Positions 25,844 to 35,663 are shown, counted from the stretch's first letter. The stretch: 64,000 nucleotides of DNA from Alphaproteobacteria bacterium (GCA_037200005.1 JBBCGY010000001.1:42416-106415), one strand, 5' to 3'. Numbers and translations: made by a program. The notes: a model not told the origin generated them from the letters alone.

Positions 25844-27031
25844 ATGCGCCATACGGGACATATTCGCCAGCGTTCAGAAGGGAGTTTCGAGCTTCGCTAT
25901 AGCATCGGCACCGATCCGGTCACGGGAAAATGGAAAGTCAAAACCGTCACCGTTAAGGGAACGCGCAAAGCTGCCGAGAAAGAATTGCGCCGCATACTCG
26001 ATGCAATCGATGACAATGATTATGTCGAACCCAATAAAATCACTACCCGTGATTTTTTGACACAATGGCTTGAAACAATGCGTTCCCAGATAACCCCCAA
26101 ATCCTATGAAAGCTACGCTGAAATAGTCGATAACTTCCTTATCCCAACTCTTGGCGGTCATATTCTGGCGAAACTTGCTCCGGCTGTTATCCAAAAAGCC
26201 TACAATGGATGGGAAGCTGGTGGCCGCAGGGATAAAAAGGCGGGCGGGCTGGCGGCGCGTTCCCGTCTCTATATCCACCGCATCCTTAAATCGGCACTCA
26301 AACATGCCGTGCAAATACAGCTAATCGCCCGCAATCCCGCCGACGCGGTTAAAGCGCCGCGCGTCAAGAAAGCCGCCATAACTACATTGACCGTGGATCA
26401 ATCGGCGGCGCTGCTCGATGCCCTGTCCGGCAAGCCGCTTTATTGGCCTGTGTTGCTTGCCCTAACAACGGGCATGCGCCGGGGTGAAATTCTGGCGCTT
26501 CGCTGGAAGAATATCGACTTTGAAAAGAAAACTGTTCGCGTCGTCGAAAGTCTAGAGCAAACCAACACAGGCATTCGCTTCAAGGCTCCGAAAACGGAAC
26601 GGAGTCGTGCCGTCATGTTGCCGGATTATGCCGTTGAAGAACTGCGGAGACTGAAAAAAGAACAGGAGAAAAAATTGTCGGAATCAGGAATCGGCCAAAC
26701 CACTGAAACGCTGGTTTGCGGTCGCTATGACGGCGAACCGCTATGGCCTACCTCACTTACGCATGAATTCGTGAAGGCCATGAAGAAACTGCCGAAACTG
26801 CCGCGCGCCAGATTCCATGATTTGCGCCATTCCCATGCCACGCAACTCCTGACAGCAGGAATCCATCCCAAAATCGCGCAAGAACGGCTGGGACATACCA
26901 CGATTACGACAACCCTAGACCTCTATTCCCATGCGACGGACACCATGCAAGACGAGGCTGCATCAAAGCTCGACAATGCCTTCCGTTCTGCTATAAAGGC
27001 CCGTTCCGACCAAGCGCCACGACTAGGATAA
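25844..27031 (+). CDS. int: tyrosine recombinase / phage-type integrase (395 aa)
   Basis: ATG follows GGAGG. Catalytic signature: RRGEILALRW, HDLRHSHAT, LGHTTITTTLDLYSH. Confidence 0.9.
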   Translation: MRHTGHIRQRSEGSFELRYSIGTDPVTGKWKVKTVTVKGTRKAAEKELRRILDAIDDNDYVEPNKITTRDFLTQWLETMRSQITPKSYESYAEIVDNFLIPTLGGHILAKLAPAVIQKAYNGWEAGGRRDKKAGGLAARSRLYIHRILKSALKHAVQIQLIARNPADAVKAPRVKKAAITTLTVDQSAALLDALSGKPLYWPVLLALTTGMRRGEILALRWKNIDFEKKTVRVVESLEQTNTGIRFKAPKTERSRAVMLPDYAVEELRRLKKEQEKKLSESGIGQTTETLVCGRYDGEPLWPTSLTHEFVKAMKKLPKLPRARFHDLRHSHATQLLTAGIHPKIAQERLGHTTITTTLDLYSHATDTMQDEAASKLDNAFRSAIKARSDQAPRLG

Positions 27032-27036
27032 ATTGG

Positions 27037-27059
27037 TTCTGTAGCAATTTCTGTAGCAA
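27037..27059 (+). repeat. tandem 11-nt direct repeat TTCTGTAGCAA x2 (possible integrase arm-type site)
   Basis: Copies at 27037-27047 and 27049-27059, between the int stop and the tRNA. Confidence 0.35.
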
Positions 27060-27111
27060 AATCGATTTTGCTTCCGGTAGGAATACTCTAAGTGTATGTT
27101 TTTGCTGATGT

Positions 27112-27187
27112 GACCTTGTAGCTCAGCCGGTAGAGCATCTGACTTTTAATCAGGGGGTCGCGGGTTCGAACCCCGCCGAGGTCACCA
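27112..27187 (+). tRNA. tRNA-Lys (anticodon UUU), CCA encoded
   Basis: Manual cloverleaf. Acceptor GACCTTG/CGAGGTC, D arm GCTC-AGCCGGTA-GAGC, anticodon loop CTTTTAA, T arm GCGGG-TTCGAAC-CCCGC, discriminator A, CCA. Confidence 0.9.
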
Positions 27188-27220
27188 GCTATAAACGGAC
27201 TTTTAAGTCCGTTTATAGCT
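27187..27220 (+). terminator. perfect 34-nt palindrome immediately after the tRNA
   Basis: AGCTATAAACGGACTT-TT-AAGTCCGTTTATAGCT. There is no U-tract. Confidence 0.45.
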
Positions 27221-27268
27221 GGTTATGAAGTTGGGTTCGAACCCGCGACAAAATAACAGTCGGGTTCA

Positions 27269-27291
27269 CTTCCTGCCCAAGAGGCAGGAAG
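27269..27291 (-). terminator. hairpin downstream of the REC-EAL gene
   Basis: CTTCCTGCC-CAAGA-GGCAGGAAG, 70 nt beyond the minus-strand stop at 27361. Confidence 0.35.
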
Positions 27292-27360
27292 CCACGCGGC
27301 AAAAAATCCAATAAAACACTTCGCGTACAACCCCGCCACAGCGCCGCCATACACGAGGCT

Positions 27361-28557
27361 CTAACCCCGCCCATAACCCGCGCAGAATTCGACGAGCGAT
27401 TCCAAATTCATCGGCCTGGCGATAAAATATCCCTGAGCGAGATCGCATCCCATGCCCTTCACGGTCTCCCAGTCTTTCTCAGTTTCGATTCCTTCCGCGA
27501 CGCATTGGATCTCCAGCTGATGCGCCATCTCAATGCTGGATTTTACGATGATGCCCAATGCGTTGTTGTCGGCGCAGTCTCTGATGAAGGACTGGTCGAT
27601 TTTCAGTTCTCTGAAATCGATGCGCATCATCTGCTGGATATTGGAAAATCCCGTGCCGTAATCGTCGATGGAAAGCGGAAAGCCGTGCATCCTCAGCCTG
27701 GCCAGATTTTCCAGGGAATGCGCGACATTCAGCATGGCCGCGGACTCGGTGATCTCGAACATGACGAGATTCGGATTGATGCCCGCATCGCGCACGACCC
27801 GCAGGATTTTATCCGCGAGATCGGGATTGTCCAGGAGACTGGGGGATAGATTGACGGAGACGGAAAGCGGATGGCCGTTGTCGTGCAGAAGCCGGCAAGC
27901 GGCGATGGATTTTTCCATAATGAGGTAGGTCAGCTTCTCGATATTATCGCTTTTCTCGAGCGGCTCGATGAAGGCGTAGGGGGAGATGACGCCATGTTCG
28001 GGGTGAATCCACCGGGCGAGCGCCTCCGCGCCATGCACGATGCCGGTCTTAAACCCGACCTTGGGCTGATAGAAAGGCTCGAACTGCTTCTGCTCTATGC
28101 CGTTCAGAATATCCTCGATGGTAAAATCAGGCGTCGCCGCCTGCCTGGACGTCCTGGACTGGAGGGCGCGATGCCGTGAAATAAAGGCTTCGATATGCAA
28201 CGGCGAAAGAGGCTTCTGTATCGCTCCCAGCAGCCTGACATTATAGGCGGCGGCCATTTTCTTCACCGTCCCGATGAGGGCGCCGTCGTGCGAGCTTATG
28301 ATGACGACGGAAACGTCCGGATGATTCTTCCCCAAATGGCGGAGAAATTCCATGCCGTCCATTCCGGGCATATTGAGATCGCAAAGAACGATATCGATCG
28401 AATTTCCGTCCTGGCGCCGGAGTATCTCCAGCGCCATTTTGCCGTCGGATGCTTCCAATACCGGCTTGGAGCTATGCGGGCGCAGCATATTCGCCGTCGT
28501 CAGCCGCAAGAAATCGTCATCGTCCAGCACCAGGAAATTCAACTCATCTTTGCTCAT
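27361..28557 (-). CDS. response regulator receiver + EAL domain c-di-GMP phosphodiesterase
   Basis: REC motif (DIVLCDLNMPGMDG). EAL motifs (GAEALARW, DDYGTG, KIDQSF). Confidence 0.85.
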   Translation of the reverse strand: MSKDELNFLVLDDDDFLRLTTANMLRPHSSKPVLEASDGKMALEILRRQDGNSIDIVLCDLNMPGMDGMEFLRHLGKNHPDVSVVIISSHDGALIGTVKKMAAAYNVRLLGAIQKPLSPLHIEAFISRHRALQSRTSRQAATPDFTIEDILNGIEQKQFEPFYQPKVGFKTGIVHGAEALARWIHPEHGVISPYAFIEPLEKSDNIEKLTYLIMEKSIAACRLLHDNGHPLSVSVNLSPSLLDNPDLADKILRVVRDAGINPNLVMFEITESAAMLNVAHSLENLARLRMHGFPLSIDDYGTGFSNIQQMMRIDFRELKIDQSFIRDCADNNALGIIVKSSIEMAHQLEIQCVAEGIETEKDWETVKGMGCDLAQGYFIARPMNLESLVEFCAGYGRG

Positions 28558-29338
28558 GGGCCGCCTTCCTATGCATCACGGTCGGACAGTTGGTATAGTA
28601 ATATTCGAGCTTCTCGGGAGAAAAATTCTTGGCGACGAAGCCCTTGGCGCCGAGATTCTTAGCGGTCAGGACATTATCCTTCACGCTGTCGCTGCTGATA
28701 ATAATAACATAAGCGCTGGGGTCGAAGCTAAGAATCTCGGATAACGCTTCCATGCCCGAGCCTCCAGGCAGATGAATATCGAGAAAAAGTATGTCGGGGA
28801 GCATACTTAAGTATGTTTCCACGAGGCCGTCGATGCCGCCCACTTCGACGACATGTATTTTGGGATGGAAAACCCTGGCGATCAGCGACCTGACGAACAT
28901 ATCGTCCTCGACCACCATGACGATGTCGCGCGCCCTTTCCATTCTCGCCGTGAGCAAAGGAGGCGTGTCCGATTTTTCCTTCATGGCGTCCTGAAGCCGA
29001 AGCTGGAGCCTGGGCAGCCCTCCCATGGCGGCGGGCATCGCCTCGACGGAACAGCTATATTGCGGCATTGTCTTTTCAATATCCGAGCACAGGCCGTCAG
29101 GATCCGTTTGCGGCCCCATATTGACGAGCGCCAGAATCTCCCGGCCGGCGCATACGAAAATAACCCCATCGATGCCGCGAAAGTACTCGCGCAACTTCCA
29201 TGCTATATGGGGCGCGTTATGCGTGGTCTTCCCTGTCAGGGAGACGGCGACGAATTGCCACGCGTTTATATCTTTTTTGACTTTGGCGGCGAATTGTAAG
29301 AGCTTCGCATGATCATAGGAAGGCAGAAACTCCATCAT
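28544..29338 (-). CDS. response regulator with C-terminal REC domain and uncharacterised N-terminal domain (264 aa)
   Basis: The C-terminal half carries REC motifs (VVEDD..., DILFLDIHLPGGSG, KGFVAK). The N-terminal ~130 aa are unrecognised. Confidence 0.7.
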   Translation of the reverse strand: MMEFLPSYDHAKLLQFAAKVKKDINAWQFVAVSLTGKTTHNAPHIAWKLREYFRGIDGVIFVCAGREILALVNMGPQTDPDGLCSDIEKTMPQYSCSVEAMPAAMGGLPRLQLRLQDAMKEKSDTPPLLTARMERARDIVMVVEDDMFVRSLIARVFHPKIHVVEVGGIDGLVETYLSMLPDILFLDIHLPGGSGMEALSEILSFDPSAYVIIISSDSVKDNVLTAKNLGAKGFVAKNFSPEKLEYYYTNCPTVMHRKAAHEQR

Positions 29339-29346
29339 CTTCTCCC

Positions 29347-31860
29347 ATGCCGCATAAGGTGGCCTTATGCATAAGGAATGAAACCGTGGCCGAGCCGTAT
29401 AATGAACAATTTTTGACTAAACTCCACCTGTTTGTCAAAGCCGCAAGCGTAGCCATTATTCTGGGCGGCTGCGCCTCTATTGCCGGGTGGCAATTCGATA
29501 TTGCCGCGCTGCGGAGCCTCGGGCCGGGCTTCACGGCGATGAATCCCGGCTCGACGGCGATCGGCTTTTTGCTGACGGGCTGGGCGCTATGGGGCCGGCA
29601 GGCGGGAGTGCCTCACCGTCTAAAATATCAGGCTCATATATGCGCTTTCGGCATTCTGGCGATCGCTATCTGCTGGATCGTCGTCCGATGGCTCGGCTGC
29701 GATTGCGGCATGGACCAGATGCTGTATCGGGATAAGCTTCACATGGAAGCTCTGCTCACCGGCCGTCCCAACCGCATGGCGCCGAACACGGCGGCGACGT
29801 TTCTTCTTGCCGGGCTTGCGCTGCTGTTTCTCGACGTCAAATACCGCCGCATACGCATATGGCCGGCGCAGTTTCTCGCCGTAGGCGTCATATTAAGCTC
29901 CCTGCTGACACTTATCGGCTATTTATACAACTCGATCTCCTTGATCGGCTTCAAGAATTTTACGCCCATGGCGCCCAATACGGCCACCTTGTTCCTGCTG
30001 ACGGGCGGCGCGATTCTATGCCTGCGTCCCAAACGCGGCCTGATGGCCATTATAAGCGGCGCAGGCGCGGGCGGCATGCAAGCGCGCCGCCTGCTGCCTT
30101 TGATCGTCGCGATCCCCGCCAGCGTCGGCTTGATAGAAGAACACGCCCAGTCGGCGGGCCTGCTGGATCAAGCCCTCCTGCTGCCGGTTTTCGCGCTGAC
30201 CAATATCGTCGCCCTTGCGGCATTGATCTGGTGGGGCTCGGCTTCCGTAGGAAAATTGGATCGCCAGAGGCGGCACGCCGAGGAGGATCTGCAAAAAGAA
30301 AAAGCCGCTTCCGACAAAGCCAATCAGGCCAAATCCGAATTCCTGGCCAATATGTCGCATGAGCTGAGAACGCCGCTCAACAGCATCATCGGCCTGAACC
30401 GGATGCTTTACGAAGATAAAACCCTCGATGCCGAGCATAAGGAAATGGTCGGCATTTCCTTCCGGGCGGCCACCAATCTGCTGAACATCGTCAATGATAT
30501 TCTCGATTTATCGAAGATCGAGGCCGGAGCCCTGGAACTCGAAAAGATCATCTTCTCGCCGGAAGAAGTGGCCAACAACATCATGGAGGTATTCCTTCCT
30601 CTATGCAGTCAGAAGGGCCTGGCGCTGACGTGCGATTTCGCCACCGGCACCGCGCCTTATCTCGTCGGCGATCCGCTCCGGCTGGGGCGCATCATGCTCA
30701 ACCTGGTCAGCAATGCCGTCAAATACACCGAGAAGGGATCGATCAAGATCGATATCTCGTTTTCTCCCGCCGGTCCGGATTACCTGACGATGGATTGCGG
30801 CGTCACGGACACGGGTATCGGGATACCGGCGGACAGGCTGGACCGCATCTTCGACAAATTCATGCAGGCGGATTCTTCCATCACGCGCAAATATGGCGGC
30901 ACCGGGCTTGGCCTGAATATCGCCCAGCATTTGACCGCGCAGATGGGAGGGCAGATGGGCGTGGAGAGCGCCGAAGGCGTAGGGTCGCGTTTTTGGTTCA
31001 GAATTCCGTTCCCGACTTCGGAAATCAGGCCCATGCTCGATAAAAGAATCTTCCAGGGCCAGCATCCGGACAGGCTGCCCGAAGAACGGCGGAAAAGAAT
31101 GGAGGATATCAGCATTCTGGTCGGGGAGGACCATCTGCTGAATCAGGAATATGTGACAAGGCTTCTGGCCAGAATGGGCCTCGGCAACCATCATATCGTG
31201 GACAGCGGGAAAATGATCCTGGAGGCCCTGGACCGGAAATCATACGATCTCATCCTGATGGATTGCCACATGCCCCTCCTGAGCGGATATGAGGCGACGA
31301 AGGCGATCCGGCTCAAGGAAAAAGAAACCGAGAACCATGTTCCCATCATCGCCATGACGGCGGACGCCATGCCCGGAACGCGGGAACGGTGCCTGATCTC
31401 GGGCATGGATGATTATATCAGCAAGCCGATCAATCCCGACGAACTGCGTCATATCATGAGCCGGTGGGTGACGTTCGCGGACGATGATAGCGCGGACGGC
31501 CCCCATGAAGCCGCGGCGGCGCTCGGCGGCGCATTCGGTCTTCCCACCTTGATGGCTTTCGCGAAAAGCGACGACGATCTGCGGCGGCTGCAGGAAGTGT
31601 TCGTGCGGCAGTCGGAGCACACCCTCGAAGGCTTGCGCAATAATCGCAGCGACGGAGAGAATGCGGCATGGGTCGAAGCGGCGCATAAATTAATGGGAAG
31701 CGCGACGGCGGCAAAGGCGGAAAAACTAAGGGCCGCGTGCGAACGGGCGCAAGAAATGGCAAACGCCGCCGCCATTCAGCGCCAGGCGATCTTCGATGAG
31801 ATTTGCGCGGCCTATGACGAAGTCAAGAAAATCCTTCTGGAAGAAAAATGGCATGGCTGA
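29347..31860 (+). CDS. hybrid sensor histidine kinase (multi-TM sensor, HisKA, HATPase, REC, HPt)
   Basis: H-box SHELRTPLNSIIG. N/G boxes NLVSNAVKYT, DTGIGIP, GGTGLGLNI. REC motif DLILMDCHMP. HPt motif AHKLMGSA. The true start is probably downstream of 29347, which lies only 8 nt from the divergent gene. Confidence 0.85.
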   Translation: MPHKVALCIRNETVAEPYNEQFLTKLHLFVKAASVAIILGGCASIAGWQFDIAALRSLGPGFTAMNPGSTAIGFLLTGWALWGRQAGVPHRLKYQAHICAFGILAIAICWIVVRWLGCDCGMDQMLYRDKLHMEALLTGRPNRMAPNTAATFLLAGLALLFLDVKYRRIRIWPAQFLAVGVILSSLLTLIGYLYNSISLIGFKNFTPMAPNTATLFLLTGGAILCLRPKRGLMAIISGAGAGGMQARRLLPLIVAIPASVGLIEEHAQSAGLLDQALLLPVFALTNIVALAALIWWGSASVGKLDRQRRHAEEDLQKEKAASDKANQAKSEFLANMSHELRTPLNSIIGLNRMLYEDKTLDAEHKEMVGISFRAATNLLNIVNDILDLSKIEAGALELEKIIFSPEEVANNIMEVFLPLCSQKGLALTCDFATGTAPYLVGDPLRLGRIMLNLVSNAVKYTEKGSIKIDISFSPAGPDYLTMDCGVTDTGIGIPADRLDRIFDKFMQADSSITRKYGGTGLGLNIAQHLTAQMGGQMGVESAEGVGSRFWFRIPFPTSEIRPMLDKRIFQGQHPDRLPEERRKRMEDISILVGEDHLLNQEYVTRLLARMGLGNHHIVDSGKMILEALDRKSYDLILMDCHMPLLSGYEATKAIRLKEKETENHVPIIAMTADAMPGTRERCLISGMDDYISKPINPDELRHIMSRWVTFADDDSADGPHEAAAALGGAFGLPTLMAFAKSDDDLRRLQEVFVRQSEHTLEGLRNNRSDGENAAWVEAAHKLMGSATAAKAEKLRAACERAQEMANAAAIQRQAIFDEICAAYDEVKKILLEEKWHG

Positions 31861-31961
31861 TGACGGCCCGCGGAAAGTCGCGGCCGGGCGCATCGCCGTC
31901 TTGAATTCTTCACAATTCCATGCGTCAATGATGGCATCATTTTTTTCAGACGGGGTGCGTC

Positions 31962-32405
31962 ATGATGCGTCATTTATTCTTGGGACTTGGCCTTATGCTG
32001 CTCTCGGACTGCGCGGCGGCCGATACGATGGCTGAGGGGATGGCCAATGGGATGGAAAGCCCATCCTGGCAGGGAGCGATAGCGGCGCATGCGGATGTGT
32101 CCGATTTCGCCGTCGCCATAGACGAAAATTCATGGCGGGAATTATGGCAGCGGATCGGACAGCCCGCCCCTTCTCCCTTGCCGGAAGGCCAAATGGCGGT
32201 CGCGGTTTTCCTGGGACAGAAGCGAAGCGGGGGCTATAAAGCCGAAATCGTCGGGGTGCAGGAGCATGAGAGCAACCTGACCGTTTCTTACCGCGAGCAT
32301 CGCCCCCGCCTCGGCGCCATGGTGACGCAGGTGATCACGTCGCCCTATGCGGTGACGCTTCTGCCGCTCACGACACTGCCGGTCAAATTCGAAAAGGCCG
32401 ATTAG
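31962..32405 (+). CDS. secreted PrcB-like family protein (147 aa)
   Basis: Signal-like N-terminus. The AVFLGQKRSGGYKAEIVGV segment resembles the PrcB C-terminal domain. Assignment is from memory of the family pattern. Confidence 0.5.
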   Translation: MMRHLFLGLGLMLLSDCAAADTMAEGMANGMESPSWQGAIAAHADVSDFAVAIDENSWRELWQRIGQPAPSPLPEGQMAVAVFLGQKRSGGYKAEIVGVQEHESNLTVSYREHRPRLGAMVTQVITSPYAVTLLPLTTLPVKFEKAD

Positions 32406-33733
32406 CCGGCAGCGGCAGGGGCCTCAGGGGCTTCTTTCCGCGCCATGATCGCCGTGAAGAATCCGTCCGTGCCGTGCTGGGCCGGGGTCAGACGCATGAC
32501 ATCCCCTTCGCACGGCGGCGGCGCCGAGGCGACTTCGCGCCAGACCTCGCTATAGGGCATAAGCGTGAAATCCTCATGCGCGGCGAGAAATGTTTCCACC
32601 TGCTGCTGATTTTCTTCCGCGAGTAATGAGCATGTCGCATAAATCAGCCGCCCGCCCGGCTTGACCAGCCGCGCGGCGCTGGCGAGAATCCGCGCCTGAA
32701 GCGGCAGAAGCTCGGCAAGTCCTGGGCCTAGCTTTTTCCAGCGCGCGTCGGGATTGCGCCGCCAGGTGCCCGTGCCGGAACAGGGCGCGTCGGCCAGCAC
32801 GCGGTCGAACGCGCCTTTCTGCCGCTTGACCCAAGGATCGGATTCCGCCGCCAGAGTCCGGGTTTCGATATTATGCAGCCCGGCGCGGCGGAACCGTTCT
32901 GTCGCCCGTTCCAGGCGCTTGCCGAGAACGTCGCAGGCCGAGACGCGCCCCTTATTCGCCATCGCCGCCGCCATGGCCAGGGTTTTGCCGCCCGCTCCGG
33001 CGCAGAAATCGGCGACGCGCATGCCCGGACGGGCGTCGGCCAGCAGCGCGGCGAGCTGCGAGCCTTCATCCTGAATCTCCACCCTGCCTTCCTTGAAGGC
33101 CGCGAGCGTCGGCAGCGCGGCGCGCGCGCCGAGCCGCAGCCCGTAAGGCGCATAGCGGCTTGGCTTGGCCGAAAGCCCGGCTTCCGCAAGCTCGCGGATA
33201 ACGTCGTCGCGGTTTGCCTTGACCTGATTGACCCGCAGGTCGAACGGCGCGGGCGCGCATAGCGCCTCGAGCTCTTCTTCGCATCGCGCGCCGAACTGCG
33301 CCTCGAACAGCGGCCATAAATCTTCGGGACATTCCACGCGGACATGGACGGGCATGCGGGGATGCAGAAGGTCATGCCCCTTGAGCTTGCCGAGAAATTT
33401 TTCCTCCTCCATGCCGAGCATGTCGGGCGCGAATCGCGCGCCGGAAAAATAGGCGGCGGTCGGCGCTTCCTTCTCGTCCAGCACCAATCGCAGATACGCA
33501 ATCGTCAGCAGGCGCGGCGACGGCGAAGCCCCGTAATGCCCGCACCACCAGGAAAGCCGCGCCCTGTGGCGCAGGATGCCGTAAGCGGTCTCCGCGACCG
33601 AGGTGCGGTCTTTCGCGCCGATATAGCGATGGCCGCGGAAATACGCGGATATCAGCGCGTCGGCGGGCCGCGCCTCCTGCTCGATCATGCCGAGAATATC
33701 GATGACGGCTTGCAGCCGCGCGGCGGGGCTCAT
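32402..33733 (-). CDS. rsmB: RsmB/Sun-family 16S rRNA m5C methyltransferase
   Basis: FCAGAGGKT SAM-binding site, DAPCSGTGTWRRNPD, YATCS. Confidence 0.8.
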   Translation of the reverse strand: MSPAARLQAVIDILGMIEQEARPADALISAYFRGHRYIGAKDRTSVAETAYGILRHRARLSWWCGHYGASPSPRLLTIAYLRLVLDEKEAPTAAYFSGARFAPDMLGMEEEKFLGKLKGHDLLHPRMPVHVRVECPEDLWPLFEAQFGARCEEELEALCAPAPFDLRVNQVKANRDDVIRELAEAGLSAKPSRYAPYGLRLGARAALPTLAAFKEGRVEIQDEGSQLAALLADARPGMRVADFCAGAGGKTLAMAAAMANKGRVSACDVLGKRLERATERFRRAGLHNIETRTLAAESDPWVKRQKGAFDRVLADAPCSGTGTWRRNPDARWKKLGPGLAELLPLQARILASAARLVKPGGRLIYATCSLLAEENQQQVETFLAAHEDFTLMPYSEVWREVASAPPPCEGDVMRLTPAQHGTDGFFTAIMARKEAPEAPAAAG

Positions 33734-34959
33734 GGCTCACCTATAAGACGCCGCGCCTCGGCCAGGCAAGCATCGCGCTCCGCCTTGAAACCGCCCGCGA
33801 TCCACCAATCCTCGATCTCGCGCATCATGACGCCGAGGCGCGGCGACGACGCAAGACCAAGCTTCAAGAAATCCTCGCCGGTCAGAGGAAAGCGCGGCGC
33901 GTTCCACGCAGCGGCAGCCGCCAGCAATTCCGGCAATAGGGGCGGCAGGCCGTCCGCTGCCGCCTGCAGCAGCAGCCGCGCCTTGCCGTAAGGTGCGCCG
34001 TAACGGTACAGCGCCTTGTTAAACGCCTTGCGGTCGGGCGCGGCGGCGCGCGCCGGATCGAGCAGATCGAGAATATCGCGCATCTCGCGGTTCGGCAGGC
34101 GCAGCGCGGCATGCAGCACCGGCTCGAGCTGCCTGTCCTCGCGCAGCAGCGCCGCGAAACGCAGTGCGAAACCGGCATCGGGCGCAAGGGACAGCAAGCG
34201 CCCCAGCCGCTCAAGATCGAGATCGAGCGGCAGGACTTCCGCCAGCACGCCGTGTTTTTTCATCAAGGCGAGCGCGGACGCGGGATCGGGCGCGAGCAAC
34301 AATTTCCGCCATTCCTGCGTGATCCGTTCGCGCGAAAGCTGGACCATGCCGCCCGCAGCTTCGGCGCAGGCGGCAAGCGCCGCCTCATCGGCTTTGGCGC
34401 GCCCGTACCAGGCATGAAAGCGGAAGAACCTTAAAATCCGCAGATAATCCTCGGCGATTCTTTCCTCGGCACGGCCGATGAACCGCACGCGCCCGGCGCG
34501 CAAATCCTCCAGCCCGCAATGATAGTCATAAACGCGGCCCTCGGAATCGGCATAAAGCGCGTTCATCGTAAAATCGCGCCGCGCCGCGTCTTCGGCCCAT
34601 TCGTCGGTATAGGCGACTTCGGCATGGCGGCCGTCGGTTTCCACGTCGCGGCGCAGGCTGGTGATCTCGTAGCCCCTGCCCTTGACCACCGCCGTGACGG
34701 TGCCGTGCGCGAAGCCGGTGCGGACCACCTTGATCCCCGCCTGCAGCAAAAGCGCCTCGGCGATTTCGGGCGGACGGTTTACGGCGAGATCGACCTCCCC
34801 CACCAGCCTGCCCAGAAACATATCCCGCACCGCGCCGCCGACGGCCCGCGCCTCGGCTCCCGCCGCCGCGAAGATGGTGAAAATCGCGCGCAGGCTTTTA
34901 TCGCGCAGCCATGGTTGCTGCGCGGCGTCGATGGCCGTCGCGGGTTGTCCTGTATTCAT
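33730..34959 (-). CDS. cca: CCA tRNA nucleotidyltransferase / poly(A) polymerase family
   Basis: GGAVRD head motif, RRDFTMNA. ATGA coupling with rsmB. Confidence 0.8.
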   Translation of the reverse strand: MNTGQPATAIDAAQQPWLRDKSLRAIFTIFAAAGAEARAVGGAVRDMFLGRLVGEVDLAVNRPPEIAEALLLQAGIKVVRTGFAHGTVTAVVKGRGYEITSLRRDVETDGRHAEVAYTDEWAEDAARRDFTMNALYADSEGRVYDYHCGLEDLRAGRVRFIGRAEERIAEDYLRILRFFRFHAWYGRAKADEAALAACAEAAGGMVQLSRERITQEWRKLLLAPDPASALALMKKHGVLAEVLPLDLDLERLGRLLSLAPDAGFALRFAALLREDRQLEPVLHAALRLPNREMRDILDLLDPARAAAPDRKAFNKALYRYGAPYGKARLLLQAAADGLPPLLPELLAAAAAWNAPRFPLTGEDFLKLGLASSPRLGVMMREIEDWWIAGGFKAERDACLAEARRLIGEP

Positions 34960-35007
34960 GTGACGAGGGTTATAGAACAGATTGCGCGGCGGGGGAACTT
35001 CCGAAAA

Positions 35008-35658
35008 TTACATGGTTCCGAACATGCGGTCCCCGGCATCGCCGATGCCGGGAACGATATAGGCGTTCTCGTTGAGCCGGTCGTCGAGGGCGGCGCAATA
35101 GACCCTGATCGCGGGATGCTTGGCGAAAAAGGCGCGCAGGCCTTCCGGCGCGGCGATCAAGGCCATGACGCGGATTTTTTCCGGCGCGATGCCCTGCTTG
35201 AGGACGAGATCGCAGGCATGAATCAGCGAGTTGCCGGTCGCCAGCATCGGGTCGACGACGAAAAACATCTGCCCCCTGTCCTTGGGCAGACGCACCAGAT
35301 ATTCGACGGGCATTTTGGTGTCGTGGTCGCGATACACGCCGATATGCCCCACCTGAGCGGTCGGCATCAGGTCGAGCAGGCTTTCCGCCATGACGAGGCC
35401 GGCGCGCAGCACCGGCACGATGCAGGGTGGCGGCCCGGCCAGCGCCGGCGCCATCATCTCGGCGAGCGGCGTTTTGATGGGACGCTTGGTGGTCTCGAGG
35501 CCGCGCGTCACTTCATAGCCGACCAAAAGCGAGATTTCGCGCAATAAGGTGCGGAAGCCGTAAGCCTCGCGCGACACTTCGCGCATCTGCGTCAGTTTAT
35601 GCTGGATAAGGGGATGATCGACGATGAAGAAATTGGGGTACTCGCTGACCTTTTGCAT
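35008..35658 (-). CDS. upp: uracil phosphoribosyltransferase
   Basis: The N-terminus HPLIQHKLTQMR and the PRPP loop VVDPMLATGNS are present. The tail is YIVPGIGDAGDRMFGT. Start taken at the ATG at 35658. Confidence 0.9.
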   Translation of the reverse strand: MQKVSEYPNFFIVDHPLIQHKLTQMREVSREAYGFRTLLREISLLVGYEVTRGLETTKRPIKTPLAEMMAPALAGPPPCIVPVLRAGLVMAESLLDLMPTAQVGHIGVYRDHDTKMPVEYLVRLPKDRGQMFFVVDPMLATGNSLIHACDLVLKQGIAPEKIRVMALIAAPEGLRAFFAKHPAIRVYCAALDDRLNENAYIVPGIGDAGDRMFGTM

Positions 35659-35663
35659 CGCTT

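Noticed and set aside
27233-27249. A 17-nt inverted copy (GGGTTCGAACCCGCGAC) of the tRNA-Lys T-arm region, 46 nt downstream of the tRNA. It could be an att remnant or a second tRNA fragment.
   Set aside because: Twelve of the 17 nt are the self-complementary GGGTTCGAACCC core, so the match is partly trivial. The flanks do not continue into acceptor-stem sequence on either strand. An inverted orientation does not fit a direct-repeat att scar.
34519-35547. Long antisense or alternative-frame ORFs in GC-rich DNA. Examples: 34519..35547, 36730..37821, 37894..39081, 43995..44924, 49972..51042, 53783..55186, 55337..56299, 57442..58725, 18430..19296, 21310..22263, 8444..9082.
   Set aside because: Each lies opposite or out of frame to a gene with clear family motifs. 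Their translations are Arg/Ala/Gly/Pro-rich with no motifs, which is typical shadow-ORF behaviour at high G+C.
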